A stretch of DNA of 64,000 nt, from the NCBI RefSeq assembly GCF_009914755.1, contig NC_060926.1; one strand, given 5' to 3'. The DNA comes from the human T2T-CHM13v2.0 reference genome, Homo sapiens. Made by a program: the position numbers and the translations under genes. Each line of letters begins with the position of its first letter. Positions within the stretch are counted from its first letter, which is position 1. The notes under the pieces were generated by a model, which was given only the letters and a program-made list of their open reading frames with translations, did no database searches and was not told where the DNA came from. This document shows, piece after piece, positions 39,802 to 52,900 of this stretch.

Positions 39802-42800
39802 CATTCCCAGAAAGTTCTTTGTGAAATTTGCATTCAAGTCACAGAGTTGAACATTCCGTTTCATAGAGCAGGTTTGAAACACTCTTTTTCTAGTATCTGG
39901 ATGTGGACATTTGGAGCGCTTTCAGGCCTATGGTGGAAAAGGAAATATCTTCCCCTGAAAACTAGACAGAAGCATTCTCAGAAACTTATTTGTGATGCGC
40001 GCCCTCAACTAACAGTGTTGAAGCTTTCTTTTGATAGAGCAGTTTTGAAACACTCTTTTTGTAAAATCTGTAAGAGGATATTTGGATAGCTTTGAGGATT
40101 TGGGTGGAAATGAGATTGTCTTCATATAAACTCTAGACAGTAGCATTCTCAGAAGCTTCATTGGGATGTTTCAATTGAAGTCACAGTGTTGAACATTCCC
40201 TTTCATAGAGCAGGTTTGAAACACACTTTTTGTAGTATCTGGAAGTGGACATTTGGAGCGCTCTCAGGACTACGGTGAAAAAAGAAATATCTTCCAATAA
40301 AAGCTAGATAGAAGCAATGTCAGAAACTTTTCATGAAGTATCTACTCAGCTAACAGAGTTGAACATTTTTTTTGAGAGAGCAGTTTTGAAATACGCTTTT
40401 TGTGGAATCTGCAGGTGGATATTTGTCTAGCTTTCAGGATTTCGTTGGAAACGGGATTACATATAAAAAGCAGACAGCAGCATTCCCAGAAAGTTCTTTG
40501 TGATATTTGCATTCAAGTCACAGAGTTGAACATTCCCTTTCATAGAGCAGGTTTGAAACACTCTTTTTGTAGTATCTGGATGTGGACATTTGGAGCGCTT
40601 TCAGGCCTATGGTGAAAAAGGAAATATCTTCCCCTGAAAAGTAGACAGAAGCATTCTCAGAAACTTATTTGTGATGTGCGCCCTCAACTAACAGTGTTAA
40701 ACCTTTCTTTCGATGGAGTAGTTTTGAAACACTCTTTTTGTAAAATCTGCAAGAGGATATTTGGATAGCTTTGAGGATTTTGTTGGAAACGGGATTGTCT
40801 TCATATAAACTCTAGACAGAAGCATTCTCAGAAGCTTCATTGGGATGTTTCAATTGAAGTCACAGTGTTGAACAGTCCCTTTCATAGAGCAGGTTTGAAA
40901 CACTCTTTTTGTAGTATCTGGAAGTGGACATTTGGAGAGTTCTCAGGAATACGGTGAAAAAGGAAATATCTTCCAATAAAAGCTAGATAGAAGCAATGTC
41001 AGAAAATTGTTCATGATGTATCTACTCAGCTAACAGAATTGAACCTTTCTTTTGAGAGAGCAGTTTTGAAACACTCTTTTTGTGGAATCTGCAAGTGGAT
41101 ATTTGTCTAGCTTTGAGGATTTCGTTGGAAACGGGATTACATATAAAAAGCAGACAGCAGCATTCCCAGAAACTTCTTTGTGATGTTTGCATTCAAGTCA
41201 CAGAGTTGAACATTCCCTTTCATAGAGCAGGTTTGAAACACTCTTTTTGTAGTATCTGTATGTGGACATTTGGAGCGCTTTCAGGCCTATGTTGAAAAAG
41301 GAAATATCTTCCCCTGAAAACTAGACAGAAGCATTCTCAGAAACTTATTTGTGATGTGCGCCCTCAACTAACAGTGTTAAACCTTTCTTTTGATGGAGTA
41401 GTTTTGAAACACTCTTTTTGTAAAATCTGCAAGAGGATATTTGGATAGCTTTGAGGATTTTGTTGGAAACGGGATTGTCTTCATATAAACTCTAGACAGA
41501 AGCATTCTCAGAAGCTTCATTGGGATGTTTCAATTGAAGTCACAGTGTTGAACAGTCCCTTTCATAGAGCAGGTTTGAAACACTCTTTTTGTAGTATCTG
41601 GAAGTGGACATTTGGAGAGTTCTCAGGACTACGGTTCAAAAGGAAATATCTTCCAATAAAAGCTAGATAGAAGCAATGTCAGAAAATTGTTCATGATGTA
41701 TCTACTCACCTAACAGAGTTGAACCTTTCTTTTGAGAGAGTAGTTTTGAAACACTCTTTTTGTGGAATCTGCAAGTGGATATTTGTCTAGCTTTGAGGAT
41801 TTCGTTGGAAACTGGATTACATATAAAAAGCAGACAGCAGCATTCCCAGAAATTTCTTTGTGATGTTTGCATTCAAGTCACAGAGTTGAACATTCCCTTT
41901 CTTAGAGCAGGTTTGAAACACTCTTTTTGTAGTATCTGGATGTGGACATTTGGAGCGATTTCAAGCCTATGGTGAAAAAGGAAATATCTTCCCCTGAAAA
42001 CTAGACAGAAGCATTCTCAGAAACTTATTTGTGATGTGCGCCCTCAACTAACAGTGTTGAACCTTTCTTTTGATAGAGCAGTTTTGAAACACTCTTTTTG
42101 TAAAATCTGCAAGAGGATATTTGGATAGCTTTGAGGATTTCGTTGGAAACGGGATTGTCTTCATATAGAATCTAGACAGAAGCATTCTCAGAAGCTTCAT
42201 TGGGATGTTTCAATTGAAGTCACAGTGTTGAACAGTCCCTTTCATAGAGCAGGTTTGAAACACTCTTTTTGTAGTATCTGGAAGTGGACATTTGGAGCAC
42301 TCTCAGGACTACCGTGAAAAAGGAAATATCTTCCAATGAAAGCTAGATAGAAGCAATGTCAGAAACTTTTTCATGATCTATCCACTCAGCTAACAGGGTT
42401 GAACCTTTCTTTTGAGAGAGAAGTTTTGAACCACTCTTTTGGTGGAATCTGCAAGTGGATATTTGTCTAGCTCTGAGGATTTCGTTGGAAACGGGATTAC
42501 ATATAAAAAGCAGACAGCAGCATTCCCAGAAATTTCTTTGTGATGTTTGCATTCAAGTCACAGAGTTGAACATTCCCTTTCATAGAGCAGGTTTGAAACA
42601 CTCTTTTTGTAGTATCTGGATGTGGACATTTGGAGCGCTTTCAGGCCTATGGTGAAAAAGGAAATATCTTCCCCTGAAAACTAGACAGAAGCATTCTCAG
42701 AATCTTATTTGTGATGTGCGCCCTCAACTAACAGTGTTGAACCTTTCTTTTGATAGAGCAGTTTTGAAACACTCTTTTCGTAAAATCTGCAAGAGGATAT

Positions 42801-44560
42801 TTGGATAGCTTTGAGGATTTCGGTGGAAACGGGATTGTCTTCATATAAACTCTAGACAGAAGCATTCTCAGAAGCTTCATTGGGATGTTTCAATTGAAGT
42901 CACAGTGTTGAACAGTCCCTTTCATAGAGCAGGTTTGAAACACTCTTTTTGTAGTATCTGGAAGTGGACATTTGGTGCGCTCTCAGGACTACGGTGAAAA
43001 AGGAAATATCTTCCAATAAAAGCTAGATAGAAGCAATGTCACAAACTTTTTCATGATCTATCTACTCAGCTAACAGAGTTGAACCTTTCTTTTGAGACAG
43101 CAGTTTTGAAACACTCTTTTGGTGGAATCTGCAAGTGGATATTTGTCTAGCTTTGAGGATTGCGTTGGAAACGGGATTACATATAAAAAGCAGACAGCAG
43201 GATTCCCAGAAATTTCTTTGTGATGTTTGCATTCAAGTCACAGAATTGAACATTCCCTTTCATAGAGCAGGTTTGAAACACTCTTTTTGTAGTATCTGGA
43301 TGTGGACATTTGGAGCGCTTTCAGGCCTATGGTGAAAAAGGAAGTATCTTCCCCTGAAAACTAGACAGAAGCATTCTCAGAAACTTATTTGTGATGTGCG
43401 CCCTCAACTAACAGTGTTGAAGCTTTCTTTTGATAGAGCAGTTTTGAGACACTCTTTTTGTAAAATCTGCAAGAGGATATTTGGATAGCTTTGAGGATTT
43501 CGTTGGAAACGGGATTGTCTTCATATAAACTCTAGACAGAAGCATTCTCAGAAGCTTCATTGGGATGTTTCAATTGAAGTCAGAGTGTTGAACAGTCCCT
43601 TTCATAGAGCAGGTTTGAAACACTCTTTTTGTAGTATCTGGAAGTGGACATTTGGAGAGTCCTCAGGAATACGGTGAAAAAGGAAATATCTTCCAATAAA
43701 AGCTAGATAGAAGCAATGTCAGAAAATTGTTCATGATGTATCTACTCAGCTAACAGAGTTGAACCTTTCTTTTGAGAGAGCAGTTTTGAAACACTCTTTT
43801 TGTGGAATCTGCAAGTGGATATTTGTCTAGCTTTGAGGATTGCGTTGGAAACGGGATTACATATAAAAAGCAGACAGCAGCATTCCCAGAAACTTCTTTG
43901 TGATATTTGCATTCAACTTCCACAGTTGAACATTCCCTTTCATAGAGCAGGTTTGAAACACTCTTTTTCTAGTATCTGGATGTGGACATTTGGAGCGCTT
44001 TCAGGCCTATGGTGAAAAAGGAAATATCTTCCACTGAAAACTAGACAGAAGTAGTCTCAGAAACTTATTTGTGATGTGCGCCCTCAACTAACAGTGTTGA
44101 AGCTTTCTTTTGATAGAGCAGTTTTGAAACATTCTTTTTGTAAACTCTGCAAGAGGATATTTGGATAGCTTTGAGGATTTCGTTGGAAACGGGATTGTCT
44201 TCATATTAAACCTAGACAGTAGCATTCTCAGAAGCTTCATTGGGATGTTTCAATTGAAGTCACAGTGTTGAACAGTCCCTTTCATAGAGCAGGTTTGAAA
44301 CACTCTTTTTGTAGCATCTGGAAGTGGACATTTGGAGCGTTCTCAGGACTACGGTGAAAAAGGAAATATCTTCCAATAAAAGCTAGATAGAAGCAATGTC
44401 AGAAACTTTTTCATGATGTATCTACTCAGCTAAAAGAGTTGAACCTTTCTTTTGAGAGAGCAGTTTTGAAACACTCTTTTTGTGGAATTTGCAAGTGGAT
44501 ACTTGTCTAGCTTTGAGGATTGCGTTGGAAACGGGATTACATATAAAAAGCAGAGAACAG

Positions 44561-44898
44561 CATTCCCAGAAAGTTCTTTGTGAAATTTGCATTCAAGTCA
44601 CAGACTTGAACATTCCCTTTCATAGAGCAGGTTTGAAACACTCTTTTTGTAGTATCTGGAAGTGGACATTTGGAGCGTTCTCAGGACTACGGTGAAAAAG
44701 GAAATATCTTCCAATAAAAGCTAGATAGAAACAATGTCAGAAAATTTTTCATGATGTATCTACTCACCTAACAGAGTTGAACCTTTCTTTTGAGAGAGCA
44801 GTTTTGAAACACTCTTTTTCTGGAATCTGCAGGTGGATATTTGTCTAGCTTTCAGGATTTCGTTGGAAACGGGATTACATATACAAAGCAGACAGCAG
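44561..44898 (+). repeat. 338-bp dimer HOR variant (hybrid monomer 1/3 plus monomer 4)
   Basis: Monomer-1 starts are at 44561 and 44899, with a switch to the monomer-3 tail between 44614 and 44660. The ORF ends in ...SIWKWTFGAFSGLR. Confidence 0.92.
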
Positions 44899-46949
44899 CA
44901 TTCCCAGAAACTTCTTTGTGATGTTTGCATTCAAGTCACAGAGTTGAACATGCCCTTTCATAGAGCAGGTTTGAAACACTCTTTTTGTAGTATCTGGATG
45001 TGGACATTTGGAGCGCTTTCAGGCCTATGGTGAAAAAGGTAATATCTTCCCCTGAAAACTAGACAGAAGCATTCTCAGAAACTTATTTGTGATGTGCGCC
45101 CTCAACTAACAGTGTTAAACCTTTCTTTTGATAGAGTAGTTTTGAAACACTCTTTTTGTAAAATCTGCAAGAGGATATTTGGATAGCTTTGAGGATTTCG
45201 TTGGAAACGGGATTGTCTTCATATAATCTCTAGACAGTAGCATTCTCAGAAGCTTCATTGGGATGATTCAACTGAAGTCACAGTGTTGAACAGTCCCTTT
45301 CATAGAGCAGGTTTGAAACACTCTTTTTGTAGTATCTGGAAGTGGACATTTGGAGCGCTCTCAGGACTACGGTGAAAAAGGAAATATGTTCCAATAAAAG
45401 CTAGATAGAAGCAATGTCAGAAACTTTTTCATGATGTATCTACTCAGCTAACAGAGTTGAACCTTTCTTTTGAGAGAGCAGTTTTGAAACACTCTTTTTG
45501 TGGAATCTGCAAGTGGATATTTGTCTAGCTTTGAGGATTTCGTTGGAAACGGGATTACATATAAAAAGCAGACAGCAGCATTCCCAGAAACTTCTTTGTG
45601 ATGTTTGCATTCAAGACACAGAGTTGAACATTCCCTTTCATAGAGCAGGTTTGAAACTCTCTTTTTGTAGTATCTGGATTTGGACATTTGGAGCGCTTTC
45701 AGGCCTATGGTGAAAAAGGAAATATCTTCCACTGAAAACTAGACAGAAGCATTCTCAGAAACTTATTTGTGATGTGCGCCCTCAACTAACAGTGTTGAAC
45801 CTTTCTTTTGATAGAGCAGTTTTGAAACACTCTTTTTGTAAAATCTGCAAGAGGATATTTGGATAGCTTTGAGGATTTCGTTGGAAACGGGATTGTCTTC
45901 ATATAGAATCTAGACAGAAGCATTCTCAGAAGCTTCATTGGGATGTTTCAATTGAAGTCACAGTGTTGAACAGTCCCTTTGATAGAGCAGGTTTGAAACA
46001 CTCTTTTTGTAGTATCTGGAAGTGGACATTTGGAGCGTTCTCAGGACTACAGTGAAAAAGGAAATATCTTCCAATAAAAGCTAGATAGAAGCAATGTCAG
46101 AAAGTTTTTCATGATGTATCTACTCAGCTAACAGAGTTGAACCTTTCTTTTGAGAGAGCAGTTTTGAAACAGTCTTTTTGTGGAATCTGCAAGTGGATAT
46201 TTGTCTAGCTTTGAGGATTGCGTTGGAAACGGGATTACATATAAAAAGCAGACAGCAGCATTCCCAGAAACTTCTTTGTGATATTTGCATTCAAGTCACA
46301 GACTTGAACATTCCCTTTCATAGAGCAGGTTTGAAACACTCTTTTTGTAGTATCTGGATGTGGAGATTTGGAGCGCTTTCAAGCCTATGGTGAAAAAGGA
46401 AATATCTTCCCCTGAAAACTAGACAGAAGCATTCTCAGAAACTTATTTGTGATGTGCGCCCTCAACTAACAGTGTTGAACCTTTCTTTTGATAGAGTAGT
46501 TTTGAAACACTCTTTTTGTAAAATCTGCAAGAGGATATTTGGATAGCTTTGAGGATTTCGTTGGAAACGGGATTGTCTTCATATAAACTCTAGACAGTAG
46601 CATTCTCAGAAGCTTCATTGGGATGTTTCAACTGAAGTCACAGTGTTGAACAGTCCCTTTCATAGAGCAGGTTTGAAACACTCTTTTTGTAGTATCTGGA
46701 AGTGGACATTTGGAGCGCTCTCAGGACTACGGTGAGAAAGGAAATATCTTCCAATAAAAGCTAGATAGAAGCAATGTCAGAAACTTTTTCATGATGTATC
46801 TACTCAGCTAACAGAGTTGAACCTTTCTTTTGAGAGAGCAGTTTTGAAACACTCTTTTTGTGGAATCTGCAAGTGGATATTTGTCTAGCTTTGAGGATTG
46901 CGTTGGAAACGGGATTACATATAAAAAGCAGACAGCAGCATTCCCAGAA

Positions 46950-49900
46950 ACTTCTTTGTGATGTTTGCATTCAAGTCACAGAGTTGAACATTCCCGTTCA
47001 TAGAGCAGGTTTGAAACACTCTTTTTATAGTATCTGGATTTGGACATTTGGAGCGCTTTCAGGCCTATGGTGAAAAAGGAAGAATATTCCACTGAAAACT
47101 AGACAAAAGTAGTCTCAGAAACTTATTTGTGATGTGCGCCCTCAACTAACAGTGTTGAAGCTTTCTTTTGATAGAGCAGTTTTGAAACATTCTTTTTGTA
47201 AAATCTGCAAGAGGATATTTGGATAGCTTTGAGGATTTCGTTGGAAACGGGATTGTCTTCATATTAACCCTAGACAGTAGCATTCTCAATAGCTTCATTG
47301 GGATGTTTCAATTGAAGTCACAGTGTTGAACAGTCCCTTTCATAGAGCAGGTTTGAAACACTCTTTTTGTAGCATCTGGAAGTGGACATTTGGAGCGTTC
47401 TCAGGACTACGGTGAAAAAGGAAATATCTTCCAATAAAAGTTAGATAGAAGCAATGTCAGAAACTTTTTCATGATGTATCTATTCAGCTAAAAGAGTTGA
47501 ACCTTTCTTTTGAGAGAACAGTTTTGAAACAATATTTTTGTGGAATCTGCAAGTGGATATTTGTCTAGCTTTGAGGATTTCGTTGGAAACGGGATTACAT
47601 ATAAAAAGCAGACAGCAGCATTCCCAGAAAGTTCTTTGTGAAATTTGCATTCAAGTCACAGACTTGAACATTCCATTTCATAGAGCAGGTTTGAAACACT
47701 CTTTTTGTAGTATCTGGATGTGGACATTTGGAGCGCTTTCAGGCCTATGGTGAAAAAAGAAATATCTTCCCTTGAAAACTAGACAGAAGCATTCTCAGAA
47801 ACTTATTTGTGATGTGCGCCCTCAACTAACAGTGTTGAACCTTTCTTTTGATAGAGCAGTTTTGAAACACTCTTTTTGTAAAATCTGCAAGAGGATATTT
47901 GGATAGCTTTGAGGATTGCGTTGGAAACGGGATTGTCTTCATATAGAATCTAGACAGAAGCATTCTCAGAAGCTTCATTGGGATGTTTCAATTGAAGTCA
48001 CAGTGTTGAACAGTCCCTTTGATAGAGCAGGTTTGAAAAACTTTTTTTGTAGTATCTGGAAGTGGACATTTGGAGCGTTCTCAGGACTACAGTGAAAAAG
48101 GAAATATCTTCCAATAAAAGCTAGGTAGAAGCAATGTCAGAAAGTTTTTCATGATGTATCCACTCAGCTAACAGAGTTGAACCTTTCTTTTGAGAGAGCA
48201 GTTTTGAAACACTCTTTTTGTGGAATCTGCAAGTGGATATTTGTCTAACTTTGAGGATTGCGTTGGAAACGGGATTACATTTAAAAAGCAGACAGCAGCA
48301 TTCCCAGAAACTTCTTTGTGATATTTGCATTGAAGTCACATAGTTGAACATTCCCTTTCATAGAGCAGATTTGAAACACTCTTTTTGTAGTATCAGGATG
48401 TGGACATTTGGAGCGCTTTCAGGCCTATGGTGAAAAAGGAAATATCTTCCCCTGAAAACTAGACAGAAGCATTCTCAGAAACTTATTTGTGATGTGCGCC
48501 CTCAACTAACAGTGTTAAACCTTTCTTTTGATAGAGTAGTTTTGAAACACTCTTTTTGTAAAATCTGCAAGAGGATATTTGGATAGCTTTGAGGATTTCG
48601 TTGGAAACGGGATTGTCTTCATATAAACTCTAGACAGTAGCATTCTCAGAAGCTACATTGGGATGTTTCAACTGAAGTCACAGTGTTGAACAGTCCCTTT
48701 CATAGAGCAGGTTTGAAACACTCTTTTTGTAGTATCTGGAAGTGGACATTTGGAGCGCTCTCAGGACTACGGTGAAAAAGGAAATATCTTCCAATAAAAG
48801 CTAGATAGAAGCAATGTCAGAAACTTTTTCATGATGTATCTACTCAGCTAACAGAGTTGAACCTTTCTTTTGAGAGAGCAGTTTTTGAACACTCTTTTTG
48901 TGGAATCTGCAAGTGGATATTTGTCTAGCTTTGAGGATTTCGTTGGAAACGGGATTACATATAAAAAGCAGACAGCAGCATTCCCAGAAACTTCTTTGTG
49001 ATGTTTGCATTGAAGTCACAGAGTTGAACATTCCCTTTCATAGAGCAGGTTTGAAACACTCTTTTTGTAGTATCTGGATGTGGACATTTGGAGCGCTTTC
49101 AAGCCTATGGTGAAAAAGGAAATATCTTCCCCAGAAAACTAGACAGAAGCATTCTCAGAAACTTATTTGTGATGTGCGCCCTCAACTAACAGTGTTAAAC
49201 CTTTCTTTTCATAGAGTAGTTTTGAAACACTCTTTTTGTAAAATCTGCAAGAGGATATTTGGATAGCTTTGAGGATTTCGTTGGAAACGGGATTGTCTTC
49301 ATATAAAATCTAGACAGAAGCATTCTCAGAAGCTTCATTGGGATGTTTCAATTGAAGTCACAGTGTTGAACAGTCCCTTTCATAGAGCAGGTTTGAAATA
49401 CTCTTTTTGTAGTATCTGGAAGTGGACATTTGGAGCGCTCTCAGGACTACGGTGAAAAAGGAAATATCTTCCAATAAAAGCTAGATAGAAGCAATATCAG
49501 AAACTTTTTTATGACGTATCTACTCAGCTAACAGAGTTGAACCTTTCTTTTGAGAGAGCAGTTTTGAAACACTCTTTTTGTGGAATCTGCAAGTGGATAT
49601 TTGTCTAGCTTTGAGGATTTCGTTGGAAACGGGATTACATATAAAAAGCAGACAGCAGCATTCCCAGAAACTACTTTGTGATGTTTGCATTCAAGTCACA
49701 GAGTTGAACATTCCCTTTCATAGAGCAGATTTGAAACACTCTTTTTGTAGTATCTGGATGTGGACATTTGGAGCGCTTTCAGGCCTATGGTGAAAAAGGA
49801 AGTATCTTCCCATGAAAACTAGACAGAAGCATTCTCAGAAACTTATTTGTGATGTGCGCCCTCAACTAACAGTGTTGAAGCTTTCTTTTGGTAGAGCAGT

Positions 49901-52900
49901 TTTGAGACACTCTTTTTGTAAAATCTGCAAGAGGATATTTGGATAGCTTTGAGGATTTCGTTGGAAACGGGATTGTCTTCATATAAACTCTAGACAGAAG
50001 CATTCTCAGAAGCTTCATTGGGATGTTTCAATTGAAGTCACAGTATTGAACAGTCCCTTTCATAGAGCAGGTTTGAAACACTCTTTTTGTAGTATCTGGA
50101 AGTGGACATTTGGAGAGTTCTCAGGACTACGGTGAAAAAGGAAATATCTTCCAATAAAAGTTAGATAGAAGCAATCTCAGAAACTTTTTCATGATGTATC
50201 TACTCAGCTAACAGAGTTGAACCTTTCTTTTGAGAGAGCCGTTTTGAAACACTCTTTTGTGGAATCTGGAAGTGGATATTTGTCTAGTTTGAGGATTTCG
50301 TTGGAAACGGGATTACATATAAAAAGCAGACAGAAGCATTCCCAGAAACTTCTTTGTGATGTTTGCATTCAAGTCACAGAGTTGAACATTCCCTTTCTTA
50401 GAGCAGGTTTGAAACACTCTTTTTGTAGTATCTGGATGTGGACATTTGGAGCGCTTTCAGGCCTATGGTGAAAAAGGAAATATCTTCCCCTGAAAACTAG
50501 ACAGAAGCATTCTCAGAAACTTATTTGTGATGCGCACCCTCAACTAACAGTGTTGAAGCTTTCTTTTGATAGAGCAGTTTTGAAACACTCTTTTTGTAAA
50601 ATCTGCAAGAGGATATTTGGATAGCTTTGAGGATTTCGGTGGAAATGGGATTGTCTTCATATAAACTCTAGACAGTAGCATTCTCAGAAGCTTCATTGGG
50701 ATGTTTCAATTGAAGTCACAGTGTTGAACAGTCCCTTTCATAGAGCAGGTTTGAAACACTCTTTTTGTAGCATCTGGAAGTGGACATTTGGAGCGCTCTC
50801 AGGGCTACGGTGAAAAAGGAAATATCTTCCAATAAAAGCTAGATAGAAGCAATGTGAGAAACTTTTTCATGATGTATGTACTCAGCTAAAAGAGTTGAAC
50901 CTTTCTTTTGAGAGAGCAGTTTTGAAACACTCTTTTTGTGGAATCTGCAAGTGGATATTTGTCTAGCTTTGAGGATTTCTTTGGAAACGGGATTACATAT
51001 AAAAAGCAGACAGCAGCATTCCCAGAAACTTCTTTGTGATGTTTGCATTCAAGTCACAGAGTTGAACATTCCCTTTCATAGAGCAGGTTTGAAACACTCT
51101 TTTTGTAGTATCTGGATGTGGACATTTGGAGCGCTCTCAGGCCTATGGTGAAAAAGGAAATATCTTCCCCTGAAAACTAGACAGAAGCATTCTCAGAAAC
51201 TTATTTGTGATGTGCGCCCTCAACTAACAGTGTTGAACTTTTCTTTTGATAGAGCAGTTTTGAAACACTCTTTTTGTAAAATCTGCAAGAGGATATTTGG
51301 ATAGCTTTGAGGATTTCGTTGGAAACGGGATTGTCTTCATATACAATCTAGACAGAAGCATTCTCAGAAGCTTCATTGGGATGTTTCAATTGAAGTCACA
51401 GTGTTGAACAGTCCCTTTCGTAGAGCAGGTTTGAAACACTCTTTTTGTAATATCTGGAAGTGGAGATTTGGAGCGCTCTCAGGACTACGGTGAAAAAGGA
51501 AATATCTTCCAATAAAAGCTAGATAGAAGCAATGTCAGAAACTTTTTCATGATGTATCTACTCAGCTAACAGAGTTGGACCTTTTTTTTGAGAGAAAAGT
51601 TTTGAAACACTCTTTTTGTTGGATCTGCAGGTGGATATTTGTCTAGCTTTGAGGATTTCGTTGGAAACGGGATTACATATAAAAAGCAGACAGCAGCATT
51701 CCCAGAAACTTCTTTGTGATGTTTGCATTCAAGTCACAGAGTTGAACATTCCCTTTCATAGAGCAGGTTTGAAACACTCTTTTTGTAGTATCTGGATGTG
51801 GACATTTGGAGCGCTTTCAGGCCTATGGTGAAAAAGGAAATATCTTCCCCTGAAAACTAGACAGAAGCATTCTCAGAAACTTATTTGTGATGTGCGCCCT
51901 CAACTAACAGTGTTGAACCTTTCTTTTGATAGAGTAGTTTTGAAACACTCTTTTTGTAAAATCTGCAAGAGGATATTTGGATAGCTTTGAGTATTTCGTT
52001 GGAAACGGGATTGTCTTCATATAAACTCTAGACAGTAGCATTCTGAGAAGCTTCATTGGGATGTTTCAATTGAAGTCACAGTGTTGAACAGTGCCTTTCA
52101 TAGAGCAGGTTTGAAACACTCTTTTTGTAGCATCTGGAAGTGGACATTTGGAGCGCTCTCAGGACTACGGTGAAAAAGGAAATATCTTCCAATAAAAGCT
52201 AGATAGAAGCAATGTGAGAAACTTTTTCATGATGTATCTACTCAGCTAAAAGAGTTGAACCTTTCTTTTCAGAGAGCAGTTTTGAAACACTCTTTTTGTG
52301 GAATCTGCAAGTGGATATTTGTCTAGCTTTGAGGATTTCTTTGGAAACGGGATTACATATAAAAAGCAGACAGCAGCATTCCCAGAAACTTCTTTGTGAT
52401 GTTTGCATTCAAGTCACAGAGTTGAACATTCCCGTTCATAGAGCAGGTTTGAAACACTCTTTTTATAGTATCTGGATTTGGACATTTGGAGCGCTTTCAG
52501 GCCTATGGTGAAAAAGGAAGAATATTCCACTGAAAACTAGACAAAAGTAGTCTCAGAAACTTATTTGTGATGTGCGCCCTCAACTAACAGTGTTGAAGCT
52601 TTCTTTTGATAGAGCAGTTTTGAAACATTCTTTTTGTAAAATCTGCAAGAGGATATTTGGATAGCTTTGAGGATTTCGTTGGAAACGGGATTGTCTTCAT
52701 ATTAACCCTAGACAGTAGCATTCTCAATAGCTTCATTGGGATGTTTCAATTGAAGTCACAGTGTTGAACAGTCCCTTTCATAGAGCAGGTTTGAAACACT
52801 CTTTTTGTAGCATCTGGAAGTGGACATTTGGAGCGTTCTCAGGACTACGGTGAAAAAGGAAATATCTTCCAATAAAAGTTAGATAGAAGCAATGTCAGAA

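Noticed and set aside
39721-40089. Longer ORFs (122 aa here; 113 aa at 61814)
   Set aside because: Single substitutions remove the usual TGA stop in ggtgaaaa, giving read-through into the next monomer; this is not evidence of coding.
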